From Lytechinus variegatus (Eukaryota), in the NCBI RefSeq assembly GCF_018143015.1, contig NC_054751.1, positions 28,513,438-28,577,437 on the forward strand: a stretch of 64,000 nt of DNA, given 5' to 3'. How positions within the stretch are numbered: position 1 is the stretch's first letter; each line of letters starts with the position of its first letter. The notes beneath the pieces were generated by a model. That model searched no databases. It saw only the letters and a list, made by a program, of their open reading frames with translations, and was not told the origin of the DNA. Made by a program: the position numbers and the translations under genes. Of the stretch, positions 37,101 to 49,000 are shown in pieces.

Positions 37101-37905
37101 TCGAAATATTTAAATTTCATTTCTTATTGCATCTTACATGTATTACAACATCTCGCAAGGATGCCCTTTTAACAGTGATTAGCACCATAATTGACCCAAA
37201 ATCGAGTTTTACAACTTCAAAATTGATTTTTTTTTTCAAAACCACTTGCTCGCTATGCTTTCTATAGCGGGAAATTAAAGCCTAAATCAAAATATATGTC
37301 TTATCAATGAGAAATCACTTAAAAAAGCTTTGCTGAACTGCACCAAAATTCTCATTTTGACTTATACTGTAAGTGCATTTTTGGCTTTGACCTCCCCCCC
37401 CCAAAAAAAAATACATTCTGCCTCCCCTGTCCCAGGTAGAGGAGAAAGACATATGTTGAGAATGGGCATGCCAGGATCAGATCACCTTGGTAATAATTAT
37501 TGCAATGTGAATCGCCTAGAACAATAATTAAATGTACAAAGGTAACTACATATTTATTTTAATTTTATGCCTAAATCTACATGATCTATCATGAAATTAT
37601 TTTCGTTTTAAATGTACAAGGGTCAAAAATTTTGCTCGCTCACACCTTTTATACATGATTTGGTCCTGTGTGTCATGTATGCCGCCTAAGCATTGTTGTC
37701 TATTTTTTTTCTCCATATATTGTACAATTGAAATGCCTTGGCCTTGACCTTGAGGTTTTCAGGCCTTGGCCTTGGCCTTGGGTTTCCATGCCTTGGCCTC
37801 AGCCTTGGTTATTGAAGCCTTGGCCTTGGGTATTAAAGCCTTGGCCTTGGCCTTGGATGTTTGAGCCTTGACTACAACACTGGAACACTGCATACCGAAT
37901 AGCAA
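34185..37905. mobile_element. Composite repeat-rich element with subterminal GCCTTGGCCTTG microsatellite blocks (34205-34335 and 37733-37870). Contains internal arrays of an approximately 100-bp unit carrying ttcagctcgcgcttcgcgctcgca, and a 615-bp tandem duplication.
   Basis: Weak terminal inverted similarity (cactgcagtgttgtagtgcc / ctacaacactggaacactgca). Repeated GC-rich gcgcgcttcgcgcgc motifs. Lies in intron 14. Confidence 0.35.
35690..36919 (+). repeat. Near-perfect tandem duplication (2 x 615 bp). Each copy carries identical ORFs of 74 and 87 aa (MRYMSVYWHCPYKN..., MITRLISIPLGFPC...).
   Basis: ORFs 35725..35949 and 36340..36564 are identical, and 35969..36232 and 36584..36847 differ by one residue. 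Offset 615 bp. Confidence 0.8.
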
Positions 37906-38167
37906 GATCTCAACAAATCTATAACATTGCTTGTTTCCATGGTTTCAAACAAACTTGTTAATCCTACTAAAGGCATTTTACTTGACTGATATGTCAGCTT
38001 GGGCCTGGGGGCAAGGATGGGGGAGGGGGGGTGGGAGGAAAATCCCATGATTGAGTACGTAGTATGCAACAATCTTTCAGAGAGTGTGGAAAATAATAAT
38101 AATAATAATAATAATAATAGGCATTTATATAGCGCCATCTATCTAGAAATATTCTATTCCAAGGCGC

Positions 38168-38335
38168 GATGTTATTATTACCCCGGCTTTAGCTCGAGCT
38201 GCCTTTCAGTGCTCATGCTTTCAAGGAATTAATCCTGCCGGGTTCCCATTCACCTCACCTGGGTTGAGTGCAGCACAGTGTGGATAAATTTCTTGCTGAA
38301 GGAAATTACACCATGGCTGGCCCGATATCATGAAA
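38168..38335 (-). mobile_element. 5'-truncated SINE copy (same family)
   Basis: Shares cccattcacctcacctgggttgagtgcagcaca.tgtgg...ttcttgctgaaggaaattac.ccatggctg with 30578-30800. Confidence 0.55.
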
Positions 38336-38899
38336 GACGAGAATATTTCGAGTTGGCCTTACATTAAAATATTTATAAAAAAAATCAACTCAACAACAAA
38401 TACTTCAGCACATTTAAACAGGAATGAAACCTTAGAATGTATAAAGCATTGTTGTTATTGTTGAGAGAGAGATAAAAAGAGGGGGAAAAAAGAAGAAAGA
38501 TAAGCTTTACCAATGCCAAAAAGTAGGCTATAAAAGCGAATTCCGGTATAGAAATATTTAATGCAGACATTTTGGATGTGTTGGAGGTGATTTACAGGGT
38601 ATCCCAGGGAAAAATGAAACTTGCAATCGTTTGCTACCAAAACCGTACATTTACTTTCGTGAGAAGTGTATGAATGAAAAGATACAGTTATCTTTTTTTT
38701 CATGTAGAACATGTTTTTGTGGAACTTGAATCATTCATTTTTACCCCTTTATTATCATAATTGTTATTGTTATTATTGGTTCGGTGTCAACTGTGCCTTG
38801 GAGGTGGAAAGCAGACTGAATCACTATGACCCACAGGTCTCTCCTTCAGATATGATTGATTTGGGGTAGTGCAGGTGGACCACTACACCGGGGTTTCCC

Positions 38900-39230
38900 C
38901 TACTCTTATATGAATAGTGCAGTGGGTTCTTAATGTGCAAAGGTGGCAACTCTCCTCTAAATGAGGTCTCCATTTAACATCCTATCCAAGGGACATGTTT
39001 CCCACTGTAATATACATGTGACTTGTATCTATGGAACAGGAGGGGGACACGTTAACACACAACGCAGGCTTCAGTTCTCCGCCCAGTGTGGACTCGAACC
39101 CATGAACTTTGGTTCGACAAGCAAATGCTTTGCCTACTTAGCTACAGTCCGACCTCTCTTATCCAGACATGTTGGGACCAGCACCAATCCGGATAAGGGA
39201 TTTATCCGGATCTGGGAGACCCAATATTAA
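38900..39230 (-). mobile_element. tRNA-derived SINE-like repeat (minus strand ...catgggttcgagtccacactgggcgg...). Its tail ccggataagggatttatccgg is mirrored by an inverted relative at 46735-46800.
   Basis: T-arm-like GGGTTCGAGTCCACA box. The inverted homologous segment lies just beyond the LTR element. Confidence 0.35.
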
Positions 39231-39754
39231 ATACAGGCAGCAGCGCTGCCGGCTGCCTCCCCAGGCCACCGGCGGTAGCTACACCATTGTAGTGGGCGCA
39301 CGGTAAAGACAATATTCACTGCAGAGTCAGTGCAAATTATAGGCATTGTTTTTATGGAAATTAAATCGATCGATGGCCAAAACTCTTGGATAATTTACCT
39401 GCTAAAATGACTGAGGTATACATCGAGCATACCTCGAAAGAGAGAAAATGACTCGATGAAACAAAATTTTACAATTAGATCATCCCGGCGGGTATCGCAG
39501 CTTCGCAATGTCAGCTATTGTTACACTGACTGTAGGCTCAAACATGATAGATGGCGCTGTCTGTATTGAGGCATAAAGTTAGCCAGCAAGACGTGTTGTT
39601 TTTCCCGCGAAGCAAAAAGAGAAACGTGATGAAATGTTTGTGCTGCACCTGATTTACTGGAAATTATCATTCCTGAAGTTCTTTTCGTGATTTGGGTGAG
39701 ATATTTACATGAAAAATATGTTTGGTGTAGGGTGACTATTTTGGGAAATATATG

Positions 39755-40648
39755 TGTAGCGGCACAGCTTTGCAAGACGGCCGGTGGCCGCCCACCGTCT
39801 TGCGCTGCCCACGTACAAAAAAAGGACGGGAGTCAAAGAATGACAAGTTCGATGAAGTTAAGTTGTGTATCAGGTTTTATTCTAAATCAAAGTCAAATTA
39901 CATGCTGGATAATAATAAATGTCGCATCTCTGGGCTGGACGACCGACGACAGACAAAAATCAAACCGACATGGCCTACGGCGGCAAAACAAATCGGGAAC
40001 GAAAAACTGCCCCTTGGCAACTAATCACTCCCTTTTTATCCCCTTTTTGGTCAAACACCGCGTGGCGAAAAAGCCTTTCCCCAAATCGACCCTATCACTT
40101 TTGGTGTAATGCGCGAAATTAATCCGCCTATAATGTAAGTATATAAAACGGAACTTAATTATTGTGTACCCCGATTCCAAATTCAAGTTCTTCGGCTTTC
40201 CATTATTCTTCCTACTTACGTAACTCTCTTGACCACTCCCCCAACTACTCTCTCAGTCAATTAATCCTCTTTTGCGACTCTTGTCACTTCAGCCACTCCC
40301 ACTCACAGCTCACTTCCACCAAGGAATTACCAGCACTCCTTGCTTCCACACCTGTTCACATTCTCTCTCTCTCTCTCTCTCTAATCACTGAAGAATGCAA
40401 GCGAGCCGAAGGACATGAATAAGAAGCAAAGTAGTAAATAACTGAAGTTCCAATGGACTTCTATTAGCCCTGAACGCCTAGCAACCCAGTCAGTTTGCCC
40501 TCTTTCACTTCCACATTCCAATCGCTAGCCTGGCCCAGAAAAACTAGCAAACGAAATCAACACCTTTAAGGAATGTAAACAATGGAAGAAGGCGAACGAA
40601 CTTCTTTACCCAAACAAACAAATCTCTATTTTCCATCCCGCTATAACT
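39755..40648 (-). repeat. 3' LTR of the Gypsy-like element (element runs on the minus strand)
   Basis: Near-identical to 45741-46635. Starts TGTAGCGGC on the + strand. The identical six-frame ORFs 39687..40109 and 45701..46096 are artefacts of LTR duplication. Confidence 0.85.
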
Positions 40649-40658
40649 CTCCCCTACT
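40649..40658 (-). promoter_or_regulatory. Polypurine tract (minus strand AGTAGGGGAG) immediately upstream of the 3' LTR
   Basis: Purine run directly abutting the LTR boundary on the element strand. Confidence 0.55.
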
Positions 40659-42864
40659 GAATCGATCTGTTCCATAAGATCGCAAAAAATAAAAAAAGAT
40701 TTGATACTGACGGTCGTCCATCCATGACACTTACAATTTGTCATAAACAATATAAACATTTCAACATCGTTCTATATTTATGCCAAATATTGTTCTTTCA
40801 AAATCTTCCCTTTTTGGCAAATAAATTGCATGTATATACATTGTACCTGTACCTTCTTCAATTAAAAATAGGATTTGGAGAGCTTCCATCAGGGGAATGT
40901 CAACGTATAGGCATTGGGAAGTGGATGACCCAAGCTTCCTGCTGCTTCATCGATGACATCACCCCTTCAAAGATGAACTTTCCAGACCCCTAAAAAATGA
41001 ATTGAAAGGTTTAGTTACAAATTCAACCTCTAAACATCAATTAAACCTTCATTATACCTCTTATGCACAACTAGTTATGTCAAAATACTACAGGTACATA
41101 AACATACACGTACAGTAGTAATAACAGCAATGATACATGTGAAAAGTTATCCATATCCGTATCTGTATCCACCTTACAAAATGAAAACCAACAGCAGTAA
41201 ATCTGGTCATCTTATATATATATAAAAAAAACTATAAATAACCTTAATTAACAAGTGCATGTTTCATGTCCAAAATGATACTAAAAATATCTTTTGCATC
41301 AGCATACTTGTATAATGCCCTAGTAAAAGCGTTTATTAATCAATTGAACATTAATCAATGGATGGGTTGTAATTGTAAACCATGAACAATCAACTTCAGG
41401 CATTATATATCAACCATGAACATGTATCATAAACAGTAAATATTTTGATATTGGACAGCATGCATGCACATGTTAGACCTCGCTCTGCTATGGTTACAAA
41501 TAATGACGCTTATTCTGAAAGTTACTATTATTTTGTGTTATACTTTCAGAATCATAACAGTGTTTTTTTTTTTTTTTTTTATGTACAATTCATCCTTTGC
41601 TTCCAAACAGATGACATAGTGCACCTCTAGGGTAAACCTCCACATTAAAAAGATAAACAATTGTTTTAAAAAATCCCTTTTTTCATTTGTTCAGATTTTA
41701 CAAGTCCTTTTACATGGGCAAAAAATAACTCAAACATTACTTGTTTTCTACCATTTACCAAGACTTTGGGATGATGTCAACACTACCATCAGAGGTGGAT
41801 ATCCCATGCCTCCTCCAGTTCCGTTTGACACCATCCTGCCGTCTGATATGTAGTTTTCCTATAAGGACAAATATAATTACATATTTACAGATTAATTAAT
41901 ATCACAAAATATATTAAATGATCCATGTCGGCAAACCAAACTGGGCCAGTCAATCAATAGAACCAAGCAATCATACATATAACCCATAATCACTGATGTA
42001 CATCATTTATCCCACAATAATAAAAAACTAATTAAATCCAAAAATGTGTCTGACAAAAACTTACTATTCTACGTAGGGTACGTAGGTATAGCTTCTTCCC
42101 CCTCTCTGTTAGATGCACTCCATCTTCCGGCAGGGAACGGTGCTCCCAAACCCAGAACATATCCCTATGTATTTGTATTATGTAGCATTCTTTCAAAGTT
42201 GAGTCACCTTCTCCAAAACTTCTCAATATTTGTTATTTACCACCAATTTCCAAATACATGCTCCTTACCCCACTCCCTACTAATCGTTTCACAAAGCTAT
42301 GTCCAAATAATAAAACTGTCAGTCATAAATAATTGAAGGCGGAGTCCAGCCCAGAGACCCAAGGTAAATTTTTAATTGTTTACTTATTACTTTATTTTTC
42401 CAATACAGACTTAGGTAAGTTGTATGGATTAGAATGAATGCCTTTACTTTGTCTTTAAGATCTCATCTGGACGACACTTGTTCCGCCTCTGGTACGCCCA
42501 CTTGTACGCCCCCATCCGTACTCTGGTTAGACCAGTACTCTCCCCTACTGTTTCTGTAGTTACTCTTTCTGGTACTAAAACATATTCATCCTCAAAATCT
42601 TTTCTAGAATCCTTGTAGCTAGCAATGATTTTCCTTCTCTCATAACCCAAAATCTTCCATATTTTGGTCAACCACATCTGATTCAGAAGGTACTTTCCTT
42701 ACTAGCCTACGATTCACTATCTTTGGATTACCTCCATTAAGGTCGGATACGATAAATATCCTCAGTAAGATTTATCCAATCAACAACATATAATTCATCA
42801 AAATAAACATTCTCCAACTTGTGTCTTTTACTAAAAGCACACTTCTTTAAGTAAACAAGAGATC

Positions 42865-44223
42865 CTATGCCCAGGGGAGGGGACTTGCAGAGATATTTGC
42901 ATCAGCTCGGGCCTTATTCCGGGCTGCTACCTTGTCAGTTCTTTCTTTGGCAACTTTTTGAGCCCTCTCAACCAACTCGGCTTGTTCTTTAACAAAGTCT
43001 TGTTCCCATTCTACATCAGACACACCCAACAAATGATCTAAAGGAATACGCTCTTTCCTACCAAACATAAGAGCAAAAGGGCTGACCCTCGTAGTTTCGT
43101 GGGGGGTGGTATTATACATGTAGACAAGATGAGGCAATAATTCAGGCCATCTACGTCTATCACGCTGATCCAGCGATTTGATTAGGCCAAATAAAGTCCT
43201 ATTGAATCTTTCAGCCTGAGCATTACCCTCAGGATGATATGGTGTTGTACGAGTCTTACGTATACCATAAAGCCTACATAATTCTTTTATCACCTGACCC
43301 TCAAAATTACGTCCCTGATCACTATGAATTCTATTTGGAATTCCATACTTTGTGAACCAGTGCTCTTGTAGAGCTTTAGCTACTGTTGAGGCGTGTTGAT
43401 TTCTACAAGGGATTGCCTGAGCTAATTTCGTATATACATCTGTAATAACAAGTACATCCTCAAATCCTCCCTTACCAGGATCTAACTTAACAAAATCAAT
43501 AGCAATAATTTCCAATGGACTAAATGCCATTAGATGTCTCATTGGGGTTCTTACCCGAGGCTGCATCTCCTTTGCCTTAGCACATTTAATACATCTTTTA
43601 ACATAAAATTTTATATCACGAGCCATGCCAGGCCAATAAACTCTTGACCTAGCTAATTGTTGAGTTTTATTTCTACCTTGATGTCCCCATTCATCATGAC
43701 ATCCAACTAAAATACTCTTACGCAAACACTGTGGGAGTAAAATTTGAAATATATTACCAAATAAAGGATCAAGAACCTTCCTTCCTAATATTCCATCTTT
43801 AACAGTAAAATTAGACCATTGATATAACCATTGTTTCAAACTATCCGGTTCTGAAAAATGTGCGGGAAATTCATCCCCCGGTTTCCAGTGCGCACTCCAC
43901 CGTTCCCACACAAATCTCAGTTCTGGGTCCATTTTCTGCATTTGAATGAATTGTTCAGGTGAAAAGGAAGGAAACAAATTAGAAAAAGTGGGACCTAACA
44001 AATTTTCTTGGTCAGAAACACCAGACTTCGATTGGATTTCATAAAAGGCTTGCTGCAAAGATTGCACAGTTTGTTTCTTTCCAAAATATTTTTGAAGTAG
44101 TTCAATAATACTTTTAGTATCCAATGTCCCCGAAAAACATCTAACTTCTTTACGTGCTGCACCTTCCAAATTTGCTCTGATTATGCCGCACTTTTGGAGT
44201 TTCAGAGATTTGATATTGTTCAC
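42865..44223 (-). CDS. Retrotransposon polyprotein remnant. A gag-like N-terminal part is fused to an integrase with an HHCC zinc finger (CHDEWGH...CIKC) and a DDE catalytic core (AIDFV...HSDQGRNF...PEGNAQAER).
   Basis: 452-aa ORF. The HHCC and D,D(35)E spacing is typical of Ty3/Gypsy and retroviral integrases. No RT or RNase H motifs (YXDD) anywhere in the internal region. Confidence 0.85.
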   Translation of the reverse strand: MNNIKSLKLQKCGIIRANLEGAARKEVRCFSGTLDTKSIIELLQKYFGKKQTVQSLQQAFYEIQSKSGVSDQENLLGPTFSNLFPSFSPEQFIQMQKMDPELRFVWERWSAHWKPGDEFPAHFSEPDSLKQWLYQWSNFTVKDGILGRKVLDPLFGNIFQILLPQCLRKSILVGCHDEWGHQGRNKTQQLARSRVYWPGMARDIKFYVKRCIKCAKAKEMQPRVRTPMRHLMAFSPLEIIAIDFVKLDPGKGGFEDVLVITDVYTKLAQAIPCRNQHASTVAKALQEHWFTKYGIPNRIHSDQGRNFEGQVIKELCRLYGIRKTRTTPYHPEGNAQAERFNRTLFGLIKSLDQRDRRRWPELLPHLVYMYNTTPHETTRVSPFALMFGRKERIPLDHLLGVSDVEWEQDFVKEQAELVERAQKVAKERTDKVAARNKARADANISASPLPWA

Positions 44224-44380
44224 AATAAAGATCTATTTCTTCTAACCATTCGGTAAGGGAAATGCCACCTTGTCCAGAAAATCTCTCAAGTCTGGTACTT
44301 CTATCACTAGGGGTAAACCTACACCTTTGTAATGCTCCGGTTAAACCGGTTACTAAATCTTCAACTAACTTTTCAGCCAT
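44150..44380 (-). CDS. gag-like N-terminal ORF of the LTR element (MAEKLVEDLVTGL...). It overlaps and frameshifts into the integrase ORF.
   Basis: Lies just downstream of the PBS on the minus strand and overlaps the start of the 452-aa ORF. The gag assignment is by position only. Confidence 0.4.
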   Translation of the reverse strand: MAEKLVEDLVTGLTGALQRCRFTPSDRSTRLERFSGQGGISLTEWLEEIDLYCEQYQISETPKVRHNQSKFGRCST

Positions 44381-45715
44381 AATTTTACTATGTATATGTG
44401 AATACTACTGAAAGGAGATGCAACCTCAACTACGATAAACCTTCAGTTATAACACTTATTAAATAGTCTACTATCTAACTCTGGGAGAGAAAGGTAACCA
44501 ATCGAACCAGACGCAGAACCTAGGAAAAAAGACATTTAGTTAAAATTGTGACATGTGTAAGTCCAGATCACAATAAACATTGGGGGTCTGACATAAAGGT
44601 AAGCACAAAAGACTGCAAATTCTATATAGATTTTCTGAAGATGTATTTTCACGTGTTGCCAAAGAACACTATCAAAATCTAGATTTTTACTATTATTCTG
44701 TCTAGTGGTATATTTGCAGAATTTATTTGTGCTATCCCCTTCAGATCCCAATGCACACTAATGCAAAACAGACATAATAACAAACTGCATAGCTACACAC
44801 ATATCTTAACACATCGTCATGTTGAGAAGATAACGAGTTCATATCTTTTCAGATACATTTCAAGCATATCTTATAGTTTGTAATATGAGAGTCTACATTA
44901 AATGTGAATGACTGTTCTGGAAAAATCTTAACAAGGGCTTCATTACATACCAGCGACTCCTGCTGCTTCACTCGCCAAGGCTATCGGCTTCCAAACGACA
45001 GTGCCAGCTTCCACCGTCGAAGATATCGAAGACAGGGTCTACCACACCACGTCGATGACGAAGATGAAGGGCCGTGTCGAAGCGTTGGTTGGAAGAACGA
45101 TGTCTCGGAGCTCCTCGATAGCGTCCAACTCCCCGAGCCGGACTAGCGCCTGCGGCCTTCAGTACCTAACCTCAATCCATCCTCATGAGACGACCAAAGG
45201 AAAAGCAATCGCCCTGCTGAGTTCCTTTACAGCCCCTTCCAAGACGATTCTCGCGCAGTTAAACGACTCCTCTCACCGCAGTGTAATGTGAAATCACCAG
45301 ACTTCGTCGGTACCAACTAATCCGGAGGGTTTTAGTGGAAACCAGCTATGCTACCCCGTCAGGTCTATTTGCAGTGGTTTTCACAGGTCCCTCGACTCCT
45401 CGCTACAATGCAGCCACGCGTGAGTCCCAGGACGAAGGGTTCTTTCTCCTGAGCTCAACGGCACATGTAAGGTCCCAACGTCGAAAACCCGGGCGATGTG
45501 GGGGCTCAATCCAACCCCTGCAGCTGAATTTCTCTCTCCAACGTTGAAGTTAAAATAATATCAATTCACATCCTCGAACAAAAAATAAGCCGGAACCGGT
45601 GACATGAAGTGAAGCTCTCCTTGTTGAATTTATCTCAATGACCGATAAACATTGTGTTTATGCGTAAAACCAGACTGAAGGACTAAAACGTTCCCCGAAC
45701 ATGCTGAAGATGACA

Positions 45716-45737
45716 GTCGACCCCATCCGTACTACCA
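45716..45737 (-). promoter_or_regulatory. Candidate tRNA primer-binding site (minus strand TGGTAGTACGGATGGGGTCGAC), 3 nt from the 5' LTR
   Basis: Starts with TGG (complement of tRNA CCA) at the expected spacing from the LTR end. The cognate tRNA was not identified. Confidence 0.4.
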
Positions 45738-45740
45738 ATT

Positions 45741-46635
45741 TTGTAGCGGCACAGCTTTGCAAGACGGCCGGTGGCCGCCCACCGTCTTGCGCTGCCCACG
45801 TACAAAAAAAGGACGGGAGTCAAAGAATGACAAGTTCGATGAAGTTAAGTTGTGTATCAGGTTTTATTCTAAATCAAAGTCAAATTACATGCTGGATAAT
45901 AATAAATGTCGCATCTCTGGGCTGGACGACCGACGACAGACAAAAATCAAACCGACATGGCCTACGGCGGCAAAACAAATCGGGAACGAAAAACTGCCCC
46001 TTGGCAACTAATCACTCCCTTTTTATCCCCTTTTTGGTCAAACACCGCGTGGCGAAAAAGCCTTTCCCCAAGTCGACCCTATCACTTTTGGTGTAATGCG
46101 CGAAATTAATCCGCCTATAATGTAAGTATATAAAACGGAACTTAATTATTGTGTACCCCGATTCCAAATTCAAGTTCTTCGGCTTTCCATTATTCTTCCT
46201 ACTTACGTAACTCTCTTGACCACTCCCCCAACTACTCTCTCAGTCAATTAATCCTCTTTTGCGACTCTTGTCACTTCAGCCACTCCCACTCACAGCTCAC
46301 TTCCACCAAGGAATTACCAACACTCCTTGCTTCCACACCTGTTCACATTCTCTCTCTCTCTCTCTCTCTAATCACTGAAGAATGCAAGCGAGCCGAAGGA
46401 CATGAATAAGAAGCAAAGTAGTAAATAACTGAAGTTCCAATGGACTTCTATTAGCCCTGAACGCCTAGCAACCCAGTCAGTTTGCCCTCTTTCACTTCCA
46501 CATTCCAATCGCTAGCCTGGCCCAGAAAAACTAGCAAACGAAATCAACACCTTTAAGGAATGTAAACAATGGAAGAAGGCGAACGAACTTCTTTACCCAA
46601 ACAAACAAATCTCTATTTTCCATCCCGCTATAACT
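45741..46635 (-). repeat. 5' LTR of the Gypsy-like element
   Basis: Near-identical to 39755-40648. Differences include G/A at about 40086/46072 and G/A at about 40335/46322. Confidence 0.85.
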
Positions 46636-47246
46636 GTAATCAAAGTGAGTTTACGTATAGGATTTTGTTTAGATTGAAATCTCATTTCCTCACGTACCAG
46701 TACTAGATTTAAAAAAAAAAGAAATCTTGGCAAGTGTGTGTCCGGATAATAGAGAGATCCGGATAAGGGGAGGCCGGATAAGAGAGGTCAGACTGTAATT
46801 AGCTCCCTCTTATTTTATTTATGGTTTCTTGTGGATAATATTGAGCTTATGAACTTTGTTTTTCTGAAAGGAAAGTAAAGTCTGAAAAACATTCTTGAAG
46901 TCGCATATTCCATGTGTTCTTTTTGCTATCTCAGTCATGCATGAATCATAAACATTGAGTTGCACTTTTAATAAAGAAAACTGTATACATTTCATTCATG
47001 AACATTTCATAAAGCAAAGTTATGATTTTTAAAGCAATAGACTGCAATGAATCTCAACCTTTTTTCTGGGACACACTGTCCTAAGGTAATATAGAGTGGC
47101 TTGTCACGATTTGCTTGCCGTCACCTTGTGTGCAGATATTCCTGTTAGCCCATATTTTTCTTTTAATCAACATTAAGTAGATTTAATGAAGCTTACGTAG
47201 GTGGTAGTATCCACGCAACTATCATTGAATTTCTTATCTTCTTCAG

Positions 47247-47351
47247 GTTAACAAGATTGACATACAATACGCCCGCACAGCTAAGAGGATGGATGTTAAA
47301 AAGCTTAAGACGCACATGTGGGGCTTCTTGACGAAGCCAGAATCAGACAAG
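47247..47351 (+). CDS. NCAPH: NCAPH exon 15 ([35 protein letters not shown])
   Basis: Acceptor tcttcag| and donor |gtgagc. Very strong match to human [29 protein letters not shown]. Separated from exon 14 by a 14-kb intron containing the LTR element. Confidence 0.92.
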
Positions 47352-47402
47352 GTGAGCAAACAATTTTACAGAGGTTGTTCAGAATTGTAGTGGTAATTTA
47401 TT

Positions 47403-48354
47403 GTCTCGCCCACCAGAGGTGAAGGCAAGACTTAGGGATCCAAATGTCGTCCATCCGTCACAAACCTGTAATGACACATAACTCCACAACCGTAAGTCGC
47501 TTTTTAACCAAACTTGGATGGTAAATGGACTTTGGGGACCTGCATGTTATGCTGCAGTCGGAGGTCACATGGTAAGGTCAAAGGTCATTTTCAGGTCAAC
47601 ATTAAAGTTTACATGCAAGACTCTCTTATGACACCTAACTCGGCAACCACATGTCGCTTTTCAATCAAACGTGGATGGTAGATGGACTTGGGGGACCTGC
47701 ACATTATGTTGCAGTCGGAGGTCACATGGTAAGGTCAAAGGTCATTTTCAGGTCAACGTTAAAGTTTACGTGCAGGACACCTAACTCCGCAACCGTAAGT
47801 CGCTTTTCAACCAAACTTGGAGGGTAAATGGACTTGGGGGACCTGCATGTTACGCTGCAGTGGGAGGTCACATGATATGATCAAAGGTCATTTTCACGTC
47901 AACGTTAAAGTTTACATGCAAGACTCTCTTATGACACCTAACTCCGCAACCATAAGTCGCTTTTCAACCAAACTTGGATGGTAGATGTACTTAGGGGACC
48001 TGCATGTTATACTGCAGTCGGAGGTCACATGGTAAGGTCAAAGGTCAATTCAGGTCAACATTAAAGTTAACATGCAAGACTCTCTTATGACACCTAACTC
48101 TGCAACCGTAAGTTACTTTTCAACAAAACTTAGATGGTAGATGTACTTAGGCGACCTGCATGTTATGCTGCTGTCGGAGGTCACATGCTAAGGTCAAAGG
48201 TCTTTTTCAGGTCAACATTAAAGTTTACGTGCAAGGCTCTTATGACAAGTGTTATTTCATCCAAGTCATTTCACAATGAAGTTTCATTATAATTCTCTTG
48301 CGTGCCCTCGCAAATCACGATATTTCTGGTTATTTTTCATAAGTGGGCGAGACA
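47403..48354 (+). mobile_element. Related TIR element (GTCTCGCCCAC...GTGGGCGAGAC) containing about 6 tandem units of roughly 150 bp with AAGGTCAAAGGTCA
   Basis: 11-bp TIRs. Internal tandem repeats of ...gacctgcatgttatgctgcagtcggaggtcacatggtaaggtcaaaggtcattttcaggtcaac... Lies in NCAPH intron 15. Confidence 0.6.
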
Positions 48355-48722
48355 CAAAATTGCTTTTGCCTTGTTGCTATTTGTACAGCTATCTTGTATT
48401 GAGCAAACATATGTTGCTTCTTTCTGACAAGATCATCATATAAAGATGCGTATCATATAAAGATGCGTAGTTGTAGTACACACCAAATTCATGATAAAAT
48501 CTGAAAGACCATAGTTAATCATCGTTACATCATTGTAGATCTGGATCTTGTTAAGTTACATGTACATAAACTAAACTTTGTGAAATGAAAGCTATCTTGA
48601 AAAACGACCACACTGAAGATTTCCAGCACAGATAAAGCACATATGCCATGCTTACTCAGATTTCTTCCGGAATCAGGTGGCACATATTTTTCATTTATGC
48701 ATCCAGACGCTGCATCATGTTT

Positions 48723-49000
48723 GTCTCGCCTGCAATGTAGAGCAAGGCTTTAAACATAGGTGCCACTTTTCTGACAGCAGCGACGGCGGTGGCACGGTTG
48801 TCAAAATTGAAATCTTAACAAAGGTTATAATTTTGAAATGTCATCATAACTAAAAAAGTATATGGACCTGTTTCATGAAACTTGGACATAATGGTAATCA
48901 AGTATCACTGAACATCCTTTCCAAGTTTCAGATCACATGACCAAGGTCAAAGGTCAATTAACTTAGACCATGTTGGGGTAATCAACATTGAAATCTTTAG
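48723..49000 (+). mobile_element. Partial third copy of the satellite-carrying TIR element family (begins gtctcgcctgcaatgtagagcaagg)
   Basis: Start resembles the copy A/B start. One satellite unit with ccaaggtcaaaggtcaattaac is present. Confidence 0.45.

Larger units (their letters stand above)
39755..46635 (-). mobile_element. Ty3/Gypsy-type LTR retrotransposon, internally deleted (gag-like and integrase only; no PR/RT/RNase H). Inserted in NCAPH intron 14 in antisense orientation.
   Basis: Direct repeats of 894/895 bp (39755-40648 and 45741-46635) differ at only about 2-3 positions. The internal integrase ORF is on the minus strand. A polypurine tract abuts the 3' LTR and a TGG-initiated PBS-like sequence lies 3 nt from the 5' LTR. 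No matching TSD could be identified. Confidence 0.85.

Noticed and set aside
39687-40109. Identical 140/131-aa ORFs (and 90/84-aa, 67-aa, 86-aa partners) at 39687-40422 and 45701-46409
   Set aside because: They lie wholly inside the two LTRs and are identical only because the LTRs are. They have no domain-like content, so they are not genes.
42444-42677. 77-aa minus ORF downstream of the integrase, considered as a possible chromodomain
   Set aside because: It has no convincing chromodomain signature (no aromatic cage pattern). It is probably a degenerate 3' region of the LTR element.
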